DNA of 64,000 bases from the human T2T-CHM13v2.0 reference genome, Homo sapiens: assembly GCF_009914755.1 (NCBI RefSeq), contig NC_060927.1; one strand, 5' to 3'. The notes under the pieces are model-generated. The model ran no database searches. It was given only the letters and a program-made list of their open reading frames with translations, and had not been told where the DNA came from. The translations under genes and the position numbers were made by a program. The first letter of the stretch is position 1. Each line of letters opens with the position of its first letter. This document shows positions 15,540 to 28,821 of this stretch, in pieces.

Positions 15540-18500
15540 TTATATATATATAAAGAAAATATATATATTATAAATTTTACATATATAAAGAAAAAAGACA
15601 AAATAGTCTGCCATAGGGTTTTTAAAGCATTATTTTATTATTGGTGGGGATGGAGAGTTGACAGATTAATACTTATTCATTTTATATATTTGGAAACACA
15701 GAGACAAATGCTGAAGAAAATAAGTATTACTGTGTTCCCCTGCCTTGAATTATCTGATAATAGCATTGTGGAGAATATCTTTTGAGGACATGTTTTCTTA
15801 GTTTAAAACCAAAAATAATGTTACCTTTCTTTAGATACACAAATTTGTGATACACAAATTTGTATTTTGCAAGCTTCTACCTTCCTTAACTACAGAAGAT
15901 TATTTTATCATATTAATCTTGATAACTCTCAAGAAATTTTTATGCTTAGATATTTCATGAGTGGGTCCTTGCCCTACACTGTATTATTTCCCTCTTATAT
16001 CACTAGTTTAGTGCACTCAGGTAGCTGTTGTTCCCTGTGACTTTCCTATCAAGCATGAATAAAGGCCCATCATCCAATACCCTAGTACACAGCTAATTTA
16101 AGCCTATTTCATTTGGGAAAGCAAAGTTCTTTAAGGCTTGAGAGACAAAGGAGAAAGTTTAAACAAAGACAACTTAAACATCCCACTGGAAATGATTATT
16201 AACAGAGTATTTTTACCCAAGTCATTTTCCATTCAAAATTAGACTTAACTGTGTGCAACTAATGCCCAAATATAAATGCCCAAAGGTTCTTCCCTGAATT
16301 ATCAATAAACAACAACATGTATTTCTGAGCTGAATGTATCACTGTTTTCAACTTTTACGGAATACATTTTTTTTACAACGTATTTAAAAATCTAGTCTTA
16401 TTCAGAATATTTTCTGACAAAAGAAACAAAAACTTGGGAGTGAAATATTCGCAAATGTCTTTATTTATCTACAGACTGTGGTATTTTCAAGACTTATTTC
16501 TCCCTGATAGTATAAAATACAAGTTAGTAATCAATTCTATAGAGATTATTAAATGTTAACTTTGTAAGGTATTTTCTGTTTAATAATTTTGGATTTTTTA
16601 CCCACCATTTTGTCTTCCCAAGGATAGCCTATACATCAGAGCTATGTAAATAACGTATATCAGCGAGGAGGGAGTATCTGATTGAAAGCCATCTTTTGTT
16701 CTCTCACCATTTGTGGTCATAGACTGCTGAGCTCTTTTTTGTCCTTATCTTTTTATATTTATGGACACTCTTCTCAGTAATTCTTCATCCTTCTCAAAAC
16801 AGTTGGATGTTCTCTCATCCTTTTCTCTGCAAAGAGGAAACCCAGGTGGTATCTTGGCACAGCAAACTTCCTTGAGATGTTTGATGATGATTGATGAAAA
16901 ACAACAGGGAAAAAAAAAATAAATCAACCACTCTAAATAGTCTGCTTGACCAGGAATCCTTCTAAACACCCAGGGTTTCTATTGCATACAGTTTTCCTCC
17001 CACTGGGGATTAGGACCTTTGCAGGGACCAGTAACAAAGTAATGTTCTATAGCCTTTCTTTCTAAATCTGCATCATTTGCCCATGTAACATATATATAAT
17101 AATGAGCATGAAGTATTTCATTTTCCCATATATTGTCTCCTAATGTATTGTTAAGAGTTAGCAGGCTCTGCATGTTCCACATCTTAGTTCTTAAACCCAA
17201 GTTTCCTTTTAGTGATACACATGATGAAGTATTTAGAATAAAGCAGAGTAATACATGTATTTCACTTATAAAAGTATACAAAGAAAAGGTTAAACAAAGT
17301 GATGTATAAATTAATAGACTTGTTATAAAGCAAGTGGAGTAAAAATTAGTGGTAAAATGTAGAAGCGTATGCAGTTGTTCACTGTAAAACTATTTTCAAT
17401 GTTGCTTTATATTTGTAATTTTTAATACAAATTCTGGGAACATTTTTAAGAACAATAATCTATTCATAAGTGTCAAGTCTATTTTGGTGTGTAAAACAGC
17501 AATAATTTGGATGTTTGACGACCATCTTCTGAGAATGTATCGCTTTCCTGAGGCAATGCATGTCTCTACTTAATAAGCAAAAGTCACAGTACATGTATAA
17601 TAAGAAAATGTGTGAAAAGTTACACAGTAGATTCTGGTTTAATAATTTAATACGATACTGTGATATTGGTATAAATTTATATATGAATGTGACATATAGA
17701 TTCTATCTTATTTCTTAAAAATTAAGCAAATTACATTATGAAAAGCTTAGATTTCTGATTTCTGTTGTCTGTTTTTCTTCCACGTCAAGTTCTATATCAT
17801 GAAAATACAACCATATTTTGGAATTCAGTATAGTAGATGGTATTCCTTTACTGTAGGGCATTCTATAGCTTTGTTTTAATACTCCAGTTTTTCTTACGTA
17901 AGTTGTTTACAAATAACTTTTGTAAATAATAATTAAAATGATAATTACAATTATGGTTATGAGACCACCCCTAATTATTTCTTAAATTTAGGATCCTAAG
18001 AAGTTAATTGAGTAAAACAATATGAATATTTTTAAGACCTGTGTTTGTACTGCAGTAATGATCTCAAAAGGAGTTTACACAAATTCACGTACAAAAAGTA
18101 TATGAGTATTTGTTTCGCACATTTATCTAGTAACATAAAAGTATTCCTCTTGGTCAAATTCATGGGTAAAATGATTCATTATAAAATTGAATTTTTTAGT
18201 TTTTAGCAATGATAAACAAAATATTAAACATACATATTTGTTTACAGATTCTACACTTATGTCCTTTACCCAATTTTTAATTTAACAAATTTTTTATTAA
18301 TCTATAAGAACAATTTGTATAATACATATTTTATGTTTATTACATATACATATGTTTATTACATATTATATAAATTTATTTAAGTAGTTGATTGCCTTTT
18401 ACTTCTGTTTGTGTTTCTTTGAGGACTGTAGAATCTTTTGAGTAATACATATATAAATTTATACAATTTACATTTATATTTAGAAACTGTACCAACAACA

Positions 18501-19129
18501 TATTATCTATATATATCTATGAGTAAAAATTTTTAGAAATAGTTAATCTGTCATTTGGTAAAATTCTTCCTTACAGCTTTATGTCACAAATTCATTTTGA
18601 AATAATTCTTTTTTACCTATTTTGTGAAACTAAATCACTGGCTATATGTTCAGATTCACCTCAAATATATCTTGGAAGTCATTAGTTTTATGCCAAGATT
18701 GGAACAGACATATAATAAGTACTCTTCTGATATAATTTCAAGGTATTTTTACATTATCCTTACTGGAATAGTGATTGCATAGTATACTAATTTTCTGATA
18801 ACCTGATTTTTCCAAGATTTATTTTACATATATAAACTAAAATTCAAAAACTGAAGCTTTGTATTTTTAATGACATCTTGGAAGCCAAGAACTAGGATTT
18901 GGAAAAGAAAGCTATCCCTTTTTATTGTTATTTCTCTTTTAACTTCCTGTTAGGAATAAATAGCCAATTGAGTCAAGATATATTTCTTTCTCACACTACA
19001 AATCTATTTAATATAGGTATTTTTATATTAGTTCTTTTACATGTCATTTTTACACAAGAACCCAGAGTGATAAAAAAAACAAAACAAAACAAAACAAAAA
19101 ACATTTCAGATGATCTGAAGTATTGCCAG

Positions 19130-21386
19130 TGATATGGTCTGGCTATATCCCCACCCAAATCTCATCTTGACTGAAGCTCCCACAATTCCCATGTGTTGTG
19201 GGACGGACCTGGTGGGAGGTAATTGAATCATGGAGGTGGGTCTTTTCCATGCTATTTTCATGATAGTGAATTAGTCTCATGAGATACAGTGGGTTAATAA
19301 AGGGAAATTCCCCAGCACAAGTTCTCTTTTCTTGTCTGCCACCATGTGAGACATGCCTTTCACCTTTTGCCATGATTGTAAGACCTTTCCAGCCATGTGG
19401 AACTGTGAATCCATTAAACCTCTTTCTTTTGTAAATTGCCCAGTCTCAGGTATGTCTTTATCAGTAGTGTGAAAAGAGACTAATACAGTAAATTGCTACC
19501 AGTAGAGTGGGGTTCTGCTGAAAAGATACCAAAAAATGTGAAAGCAACTTTGGAACAGGGTAACAGGCAGAGGATGGAACAGTTTGGAGAGCTCAGAAGA
19601 AGACAGGAAAATGTGGGAAAGTTTGGAACTCTCTAGAGACTTGTTAAATGGCTTTGACCAATATGCTGATAATGATATGGACAATGAAATCCAGGCTGAG
19701 GTGGTCTCAGATGGAGATGAGAAACTTGCTGGGAATCAGAGCAAAGATGACTCGTTACGTTTTAGTCAAGAGACTGGTAACATTTTGCCCCTGCCCTAGA
19801 GATTTCTGCAACTTTGAACTTGGGAGAGATGACTTAGGGTATCTGGTGGAAGAAACTTCTAAGCAGGAAAGAATTCAAGAGGTGACTTGGATGCTGTTAA
19901 AGGCATTCAGTTTTAAAAGGGAAACAGAGCATAAAAGTTTGGAAAATTTGCAGCCAGACAATGCAATAGAAAAAAAAAAAATCCCATTTCCTGGGGAGAA
20001 ATTCAAGCTGGCTGCAGATATTTGCATAAGTAACAAAGAGCCTGACATTAGTCAGCAAGTCAAAGGGGAAAATGTCTCCAGGGCATGTCAGAAATATTTG
20101 AAGCAGCCCTTCCGGTAACAGGCCGAGAGGCCTCAGAGTAAACTATAGTTTTGTGGTCTGGGCCCAGGGTTCTTCTGCTGTTTGCAGTCCAGGAACTTGT
20201 GCCCGGCATCCCAGCCACTGCAGCCATAATTAAAAGGGGCCAAGGTATGGTACAGCTTGGGCCATGTCTTCAGAGGGCTCAAGCCCCAGTCCTTAGTAGC
20301 TTCCACATGGTGTTGAGCCTTAGCCTACATAGAAGTCAAGAAATGGGGTTTGGGACCCTCTGCCTAGATTTCAGAGGTTGTATGGAAATGCCTGGATGTC
20401 CAGGCAGAAGTTTGCTAGGGCAATGCAGAAGGGAAATGTGGGGTGGGCAGCCCCACATACAGTCCCCACTGGGGTGCTGCCTAGTGGAGCTGTGAGAAGA
20501 GGGCCACCAATCTCCAGCCCCTAGAATGGTAGATCTACTGACAGCTTGCACCGTGCTCCTGGTAAATGTGCAAGACACCCAACTCCAAAGTATGAAAGCA
20601 ACTGTGAGGGAGGCTGTACCCTGTAAAGCCACAGGGCCAGAGCTGCAAAACTGGCCCTCATTCACCAAACTGGAACTCACCACTTGCATCAACATGACCT
20701 GGATGTGAAACATGGAATCAAAGGAGATCATTTTGGAGCTTTAATATTTTACTGCCCTGATGGATTTCTGTAACCCCTTGTTTTGGCAAATTTCTCCTAT
20801 TTGGAATGGCATGGCTGTAATTACCCAATGCCTGTACCTCCATTGTATGTAGGAAGTAATTAACTTGCTTTTGATTTTACAGGCTCGTAGACAGAAAGAA
20901 CTTGCCTTGTCTCAGATGAGACGTTGAACTGTGGACATTTGAGTTAATGCTGAAATAAGATTTGAGGGACTGTTGGGAAGGCAAAATTGGTTTTGAAATG
21001 TGAGTACATAAGATTTAGGAGGGGCCAGGAGTGGAATGGTATGGTGTGGCCATGTCCCCACCCAAATCTCATATGAAATATAGCTCCCACAATTCCCACG
21101 TGTTGTGGGAGGGACCTGGTGGCAGGTAATTGAATCATTGGGGCTGGTTTATTCATGCTATTCTCATGATGGTAAATAAGTATCATGAGATCTGATGGTT
21201 TTGTAAAGGGGCCTTTCCCTGCACAAGTTCTCTTCTTTTGCCTGCTGCCAAGTGAGATGGGCCTTTCACCTTCCACCTTGATTGCGAGGCCTCCCCACCT
21301 TCATGAAACTGTAGGTCCATCTTTCTTTTGTAAATTGCTGAGTCTCGGGTTTGTCTTTATCAGCAGCATGAAAACTGACTAATACA
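19130..21386 (+). mobile_element. Full-length THE1 (THE1A/B-like) MaLR provirus: LTR 19130-19487, internal 19488-21036, LTR 21037-21386
   Basis: TGATATGG...TAATACA LTR termini at both ends, THE1-int sequence, purine tract before the 3' LTR, perfect 5-bp TSD GCCAG at 19125-19129 and 21387-21391. Confidence 0.96.
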
Positions 21387-22501
21387 GCCAGTAAGCTCCA
21401 GAAGGGAGGGCACAGAGAGCATGGAAAAACAATCACATGCTTGCACTCTTTGGCTTCTTCCTTCATTTCACACATCAATACCACTCATGTTTTACTGGCC
21501 AAAACAATTAACATGGTTTCACCCAACATCAAGGAGAGAAGTTGTGCAACCTTGCCATGTATATTGAAATATTAGAACCACTAATAATGGTTAACCATAC
21601 CATAACCATATGGTAAACAGTTAATATGTGATGAAGCATAGGAATCAACAGCCCATAGCTGGAACACACAGTAAATACTAGATAGACCTCAGATATTAAA
21701 ATTAAATAAAGTATAACTAAATAATCTATATAAGTGTGTAACCATGAAAGGGATTGAAAAATATTTCTAACAAAAAGGTACCAAGTACAGATGAGTTTGC
21801 AGGTGTGCGCTTTATGTAACTTGAGAAGCATCTGTGTTTTTTTAAAAAGACTTTGAAGTATGGATTCTATTTCTCCAAACATTTCAAACACATTATATGA
21901 AACATAACTTGTTAATACAATCTAACAAATATAGCACAAAAGGTAAGATTATACAAAATTTCTCATCAATATTTTACGCATTCAATCTAGCATGCTAAAA
22001 GAATAATACAGTTTGACCAAGACAGGTTTATCAATGGCTTCAAGCATGTTTTTAATGATAAAAGAGGAATATCCCTTCTCGGAATTTTCCGAAATACATT
22101 ATTGACAGTAGGTACTACATATCAGCTAGCCTAAACACAGAGTTTAAGTTGTTCAGTCATTTTTCTGGGGTTCACTAAGAGGCAACTAACTTAGTCCTTA
22201 AACCATTTCTCCTATTACATCTCCAAAAGTTAACTTATTTGCCAAATGCTACATAATAAATGTTAAGGAGGTGAGTTTAGTCCAAGACTTCAATATCCAT
22301 ACTCAAGTCATGTCATACTACCAGATGGTATTTCATATAAGATAGTGTTTCAAATACATGTCTTGATATAAAATTTTGCACCAAAGTCCATAACATTCAT
22401 AATTATCAACGAATATCTAAAAACGAAATAATAAGTACTAATCTTATTATTAATAGGTGTGTCTAAATACAACTGTAAATACAGCTATGATGTACCTAAA
22501 T

Positions 22502-22601
22502 GAAGAAGAAGAAGAAGAGGAAGAAGCAGAAAAAGAAGCAGAAGCAGCAGCAGCAGCAGCAGCGGCAGAAGAAGAAGAAGAAGAAGAGGAAGGAGGAAGA
22601 A
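22502..22601 (+). repeat. Compound (GAA)n/(GCA)n/(GAA)n trinucleotide repeat
   Basis: GAA-rich blocks flanking (GCA)6 GCG GCA. Confidence 0.95.
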
Positions 22602-22749
22602 ATTTTACCAAAAATTTGAAATATTTTAAAATATTTTCCCTCCTTTGTTTTGTCACAGGCAAGTCCTGGAAATGTGAACCTCTCATATTTTATCACACAC
22701 TTTTGATTATTGTACTAGCCAGTCAAGAACATTAGAAAAGGCATTAAGA

Positions 22750-23070
22750 AATTGATAGAATATTATGTTCCTGAATAAGATGACATAATATAAAAATGTT
22801 AATTTCCTATAAAACTCCATACAAATTTAAATTTATTCAATTTAAAACTTTGATGGGAAAATTGAAACTTGGCAAAATTATTCTGACATCATTTTAGAGA
22901 ATAAATGAGGAGAGCTGAGGAGTTTTTAAAAGAAAAATAATTAGAGGAAGTTGATCTGCAAGACAATGAAATGTTTTATAGGTTAAAATAAATTAAAGCA
23001 GTGTTTTACTGGCCCAAATATATTAAAGCAGACTGGTAGAATAAAGTAAAAAACAAGAAATCAGACTTAC
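22750..23070 (+). mobile_element. Ancient L1M ORF2 fragment
   Basis: Degenerate match to the CSWIGRINIVKM...KTVWYW coding region (ATTAAAGCAGTGTTTTACTGGC). Confidence 0.55.
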
Positions 23071-25120
23071 TATTTCTTCAGTACATAGCTCTTGCACTCC
23101 TAGGAAAATGCTAAGCTACAAATAAAACTTAACTGAGTATTTACAGGATACTCAAATACACTAGGAAAAAGATGAGATCCCTTCTCCTAATACTATTAGT
23201 AAATGCTTTTATAAAATATATTTTGTTCTTCAGTATCTTGAGCATGTTTTATTTTTTAATAAAATGATTTTTTTTCTCATTAGTCTTTTGTGTTTATTAT
23301 TCATTAAAATGTTTATGTTACCTCAGCTTTGATTAGGAGGTCTTATTTTCTGTTCTATATGATTCCTCAGAATATGGTAAATATATTCTCCCTGTGTATC
23401 CTAAATTCAATCATTATCCACTCATAATTAGTGAACATTCATTTAAAATATTTGGAAGAATGGCCTATTTTTTCATTCCACTCTTTACTTTTGGCGGATT
23501 TGCCATTATAAGGAGAAATCCCTTGACCTTGTCCCTCTCAAAGGCAAGTGGCATTTATTATAAAGTAGTCACAGTCCTTATCCAGTCCCAAAGAATGAAA
23601 GTATAACACTAATGCAGTGTTCCAATTGCTTATTTTTCTAGACTTTCCTCTATCTCTTGCCAGTTTCATATTTCCACATTAAAGTGACACTCTATATTCA
23701 CTGCTGTCACTAGATGTGTTATTTTGCTTAAAATTATTGTCCGTTTATGAAAGTAAAAATGTAGTATCAACGTAGAAAAAGAATAGTGTACCATGAGTCT
23801 GTTTATACTAGAACATAGCTTTCTGACAACAGATATTTGACAATTGTTTCCTTTTCAGTGAGATTTATCTGTGGTACAGTGAGCTAGAAACGTAAGTGGA
23901 TAGAAATATTATACCACCTTTGAGCCTTACGTGGTCTTCTATTTTGCCTCAAGACAATTTATAAATGTTTTTTAGAGATCATTCCTTCTGCTGATTGCCA
24001 TCTTCTCGATCAATATTGGTAGTTTCCAAACGTAAAAACTTGATACCTTTTTTAATGATTCTATTACTAGAACTATTAAAAATATTAGAGAAAAAAGGAA
24101 ATTAAGTAGCATTGGCCTTCTAGCACTATTATCATTTACACATAATTTGATGGAGTTAGTTGCTTAATATCAGTATATGTGTACCCATGGCCCTGAATAA
24201 AATATTCCTAAGCTGGAAAAAATAAAAATATATTCATCTTAAATATTATTCAATGTGATTTTCATTTATTTTTTGGGAAGCCTTATTTTCATTATTGGAT
24301 TTAATGATTATTATCTATTATATTTATCTATAAACTATATTTTATTATTTGGTTCTAAAATAGTTTTCCTTGTGATCAAGCAATAAATTTGTTTTGAGGT
24401 GGGTTGGAAAACATTTAAATTGTGAATTTTATGTCTTTATTCACTGTAAATGTATGGATATATTTTTTGAAACTTTGAGTGAATCTAATTAGTGCTTGTG
24501 TACTTTTAATGTAAAGCACAGAAATATCTTTAATAATGATATTTTCACAAGGAAAAATAATGCTGTATTTGAAGTCTAAATCTCTCTAGTCCCCAATCAC
24601 CTTTTCTCCATTATAACAACTTGTATAATTTTAGAATCACACTAATATTTAATATTAAAAGATAATTTATGCTCATTTGTGATATGTAATCATCCTTGTT
24701 ATATTCTCTAATAAAAATATATACATACCAACAAATTTTATTTATGTTTGTCATTGCACTTATGTTTAATATTAATTTTGTCATATTATTTTATCCTGTA
24801 TTTGCTGCATGTATAATGTTATGTTTATTGTGTTTCTTCTGTGTCTTTTGTTTTCTTTGGTTCTTTCTGTATTGCTTTTTTTATAGGAATGTTATTGGTT
24901 TTGCTGTATCGTTATCTTTATATCACTAACTTTTATAATGTCTCTAACATTTTATTACCTGAATTTCTAATTTTTGTTTTGCCAGCTTTAAAATGTATGC
25001 TTCGAATCATATCTAACCCCAATGTAGCCATCAATGATGTTACTTTACTAGACTTTCTCTAATTTCTTCTTCCATTGCTAAGCTACATTCCTTCTATTTT
25101 ATCAGAGAACATTTAATATT

Positions 25121-25950
25121 TACAACAACAACAAAAAACCCCATCAAAAAGTGGACAAAGGATATGAACAGACAGTTATCTAAAGAAGATATTTATGTGG
25201 CCAACAATCATATGAAAAAAACTCAACATCATTCATCATCAGAGAAATGCATATCAAAACCACAATGAGATATCATCTCACGCCAATCAGAATGGTGATT
25301 ATTAAAAAGTCAGGAAACAATAGATCCTCATGAGGCTGTGGAGAAATAGGAAAACTTTTACACTGTTAGTGGGAAATGTAACTTAGTTCAACCATTGTGG
25401 AAGACAGTATGGTGATTCCTCAAGGATCTAGATCCAGAAATACCATTTTACCCAGCAAACCCATTACTGTGTATATACCCAAAGGAATATAAATCATTCT
25501 ACTATAAAAACACATGCACACACATATTTATTGCAGCACTATTAACAAAGACTTGGAACCAAACCAAATGCCCATCAATGATAGACTGGATAAAGAAAAT
25601 GTGGTACATATACACCATGGAATACCATGCAGCCATAAAAAGGAATGAGATCATGTCCTTTGCAGGGACACAGATGAAGCTGAAAGCCACTATCCTCAGC
25701 AAACTAACACAAAAAACAAAACCACATGCTCCCACTTGTAAGTGGGAGTTGAACATTGGGAATACATGGACACAGAGAGGGGAACAACACACACTAGGGC
25801 CTGTTGAGGGGTGGGGAGTTAGGGCAGGGAACTTCGAGGATGGGTCAGTAGGTGCAGCAAACCACCATGGCACACGCATACCTATGTAACAACCCTGCAC
25901 GTTCTGCACATGTAACCCCTCCCTTTTTTTTAGAAGAAATAAAAAAAAAA
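25121..25950 (+). mobile_element. 5'-truncated L1PA11/12-like 3' end
   Basis: ORF2 C-terminus and 3' UTR ending TTTTTTTTAGAAGAAATAAAA; 15-bp TSD AGAACATTT(A/G)ATATT at 25106-25120 and 25958-25972. Confidence 0.92.
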
Positions 25951-25994
25951 TCACAGTAGAACATTTGATATTGGTTTGAGTAGTCATACATAAA

Positions 25995-26240
25995 GAATGT
26001 TTATTATTTGACAGCACAATAGGGTGACTATAGTCAATAATAACTTAATTGTATATGTAAAAATAACTTTAAGAATGTGATTGGATCGTTTATAACTCAA
26101 AAGATAAATGCTTGAGAGATTGAATACCACATTTTCCCTGACACGCTTATTTCATAATGCATGCCTGTATTAAAATATCTCATGTACTCCATAAATATAT
26201 ACACCTACTACGTACCCACAAAATTAAATATAAAAAATGA
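25995..26240 (+). mobile_element. L1MA1/2-like 3' end fragment
   Basis: AGCACAATAGGGTGACTATAGTCAATAATAACTTAATTGTA...CACCTACTACGTACCCACAAAAATTAAA. Confidence 0.85.
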
Positions 26241-26365
26241 AAAAGTGGCAACAGGTTTTTCAACTGTATTAGTAATATCTCTTCTAGTGGGAAAATATTT
26301 CTTGTCCAGAGTTTCACGTTAGCTTTCTTGGCTTTCTTCCCTATTTTCCTAGAAGATTCAGAGGG

Positions 26366-26687
26366 TTTTTTGTTTGTTTGTTTGTTTGTTTTTGTTTTTG
26401 AGAGGGAGTCTTGCTCTGTCGCCCAGGCTGGAATGCAGTGGCGTGATGATGTGGGCTCACTGCAAGCTCCGCCTCCCAAGTTCACGCCATTCTCCTGCCT
26501 CAGCCTCCCGAGTGGCTGGGACTATAGGCGCCCGCCACCATGCCCGGCTAATTTTTTTTGTATTTTTTTAGTAGAGACGGGGTTTTATCTGGTTAGCCAG
26601 GATGGTCTCGATCTCCTGACCTCGTGATCCACCCACCTCAGCCTCCCAAAGTGCTGGGATTACAGGCATGAGCCACTGCGCCAGGCC
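26366..26687 (-). mobile_element. AluY
   Basis: CTGCAAGCTCCGCC, TTCACGCCATTCTC and TTAGCCAGGATGGTCTCGATCTC diagnostics; (TTTG)n tail. Confidence 0.95.
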
Positions 26688-26904
26688 CAGAGTTTTTATG
26701 TACAATTTTGCTAAATATATTTAAACTAATAGAAGTGTTATGGATATAGAGTATCTCATCTACTTTTTCAGAATTAATTCACCAACATATTTTGAGGTTT
26801 CACTGTGTATCATACTATGGGTTTGTAGAAATTTAAAAAAGGTGGTTCCAATTTATAAAAAAACACTGTGAAACAGACACAGAAACACTTAGAAGGTCAA
26901 TAAG

Positions 26905-27085
26905 AATAGTGGTGAATTGGGTAGACTATTAAATCAGATTGCATGAGTTCAAATCTCAGATTTACCACTTAATAGCTAGGAAAAACTAGGCAATTTTCTT
27001 CACTTTCTGTAACTGAGTTTCTTCACTAGCAAAATAGAGAGAATACTATCTACTTAATAGAGTTATTGAGTGGTTATTACTTAGA
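26905..27085 (+). mobile_element. MIR SINE
   Basis: GAGTTCAAATCTCAG...CCACTTAATAGCT...GAGTTTCTTCAC..GCAAAATAG core. Confidence 0.7.
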
Positions 27086-27086
27086 A

Positions 27087-28310
<1,224 letters not shown>

Positions 28311-28686
28311 GTTTTGCCATCTAAATTTTTATCCTGTAGCATAAAGCATTTAAAATGTCTTTTCTGTATGTTCTGGCCCCATCCCTAGAATGAGTTCTTT
28401 CTGAAGAGAAAGATTTTGTCTTATTTAATCTTTTTGTCTTATTTTATTATTGCTACATCTTCAGAAATAATAAAAATGTCAACACAAAATTGGTGCTTAT
28501 AAAATATATTTTGAGTGGATGAATGAACAAACAAAGGCATAAGCAGAAATCTTAATTGTTACTGCCAAGTGGAAGTGAAATTGGATTCCCCACATGCTCT
28601 CCATGGACACTGAAGGTGGAAGAGAGCTTGTTATCAACCAGCTTGAATGAAACTCCCAATGTCCCACTTGGCTTTCTCTGACACAC

Positions 28687-28691
<5 letters not shown>

Positions 28692-28723
<32 letters not shown>
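28692..28723 (+). repeat. (GT)n microsatellite
   Basis: Directly visible. Confidence 0.95.
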
Positions 28724-28725
<2 letters not shown>

Positions 28726-28821
28726 AGTCTTTCCAGGCCTTGACAGTCTTCTGAGAGGAGAGGCAATTTCGTGGACTTTTGTTTTTCATTGCTGTTTCTG
28801 GGTTCCTGCTTTCCCTAGTAT

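Noticed and set aside
16705-16830. Minus-strand exon-like segment (TTTCCTCTTTGCAG ... ATG|GTGAGA)
   Set aside because: Short pyrimidine tract, a stop in the visible ORF and no recognisable product; indistinguishable from chance
19380-19400. PRDM9 hotspot motif position in the THE1 LTRs
   Set aside because: Neither LTR has CCTCCCTNNCCAC (5' LTR CCTTTCCAGCCAT; 3' LTR CCTCCCCACCTTC)
19584-20731. Several 60-156 aa ORFs
   Set aside because: Fragments of decayed THE1 internal sequence
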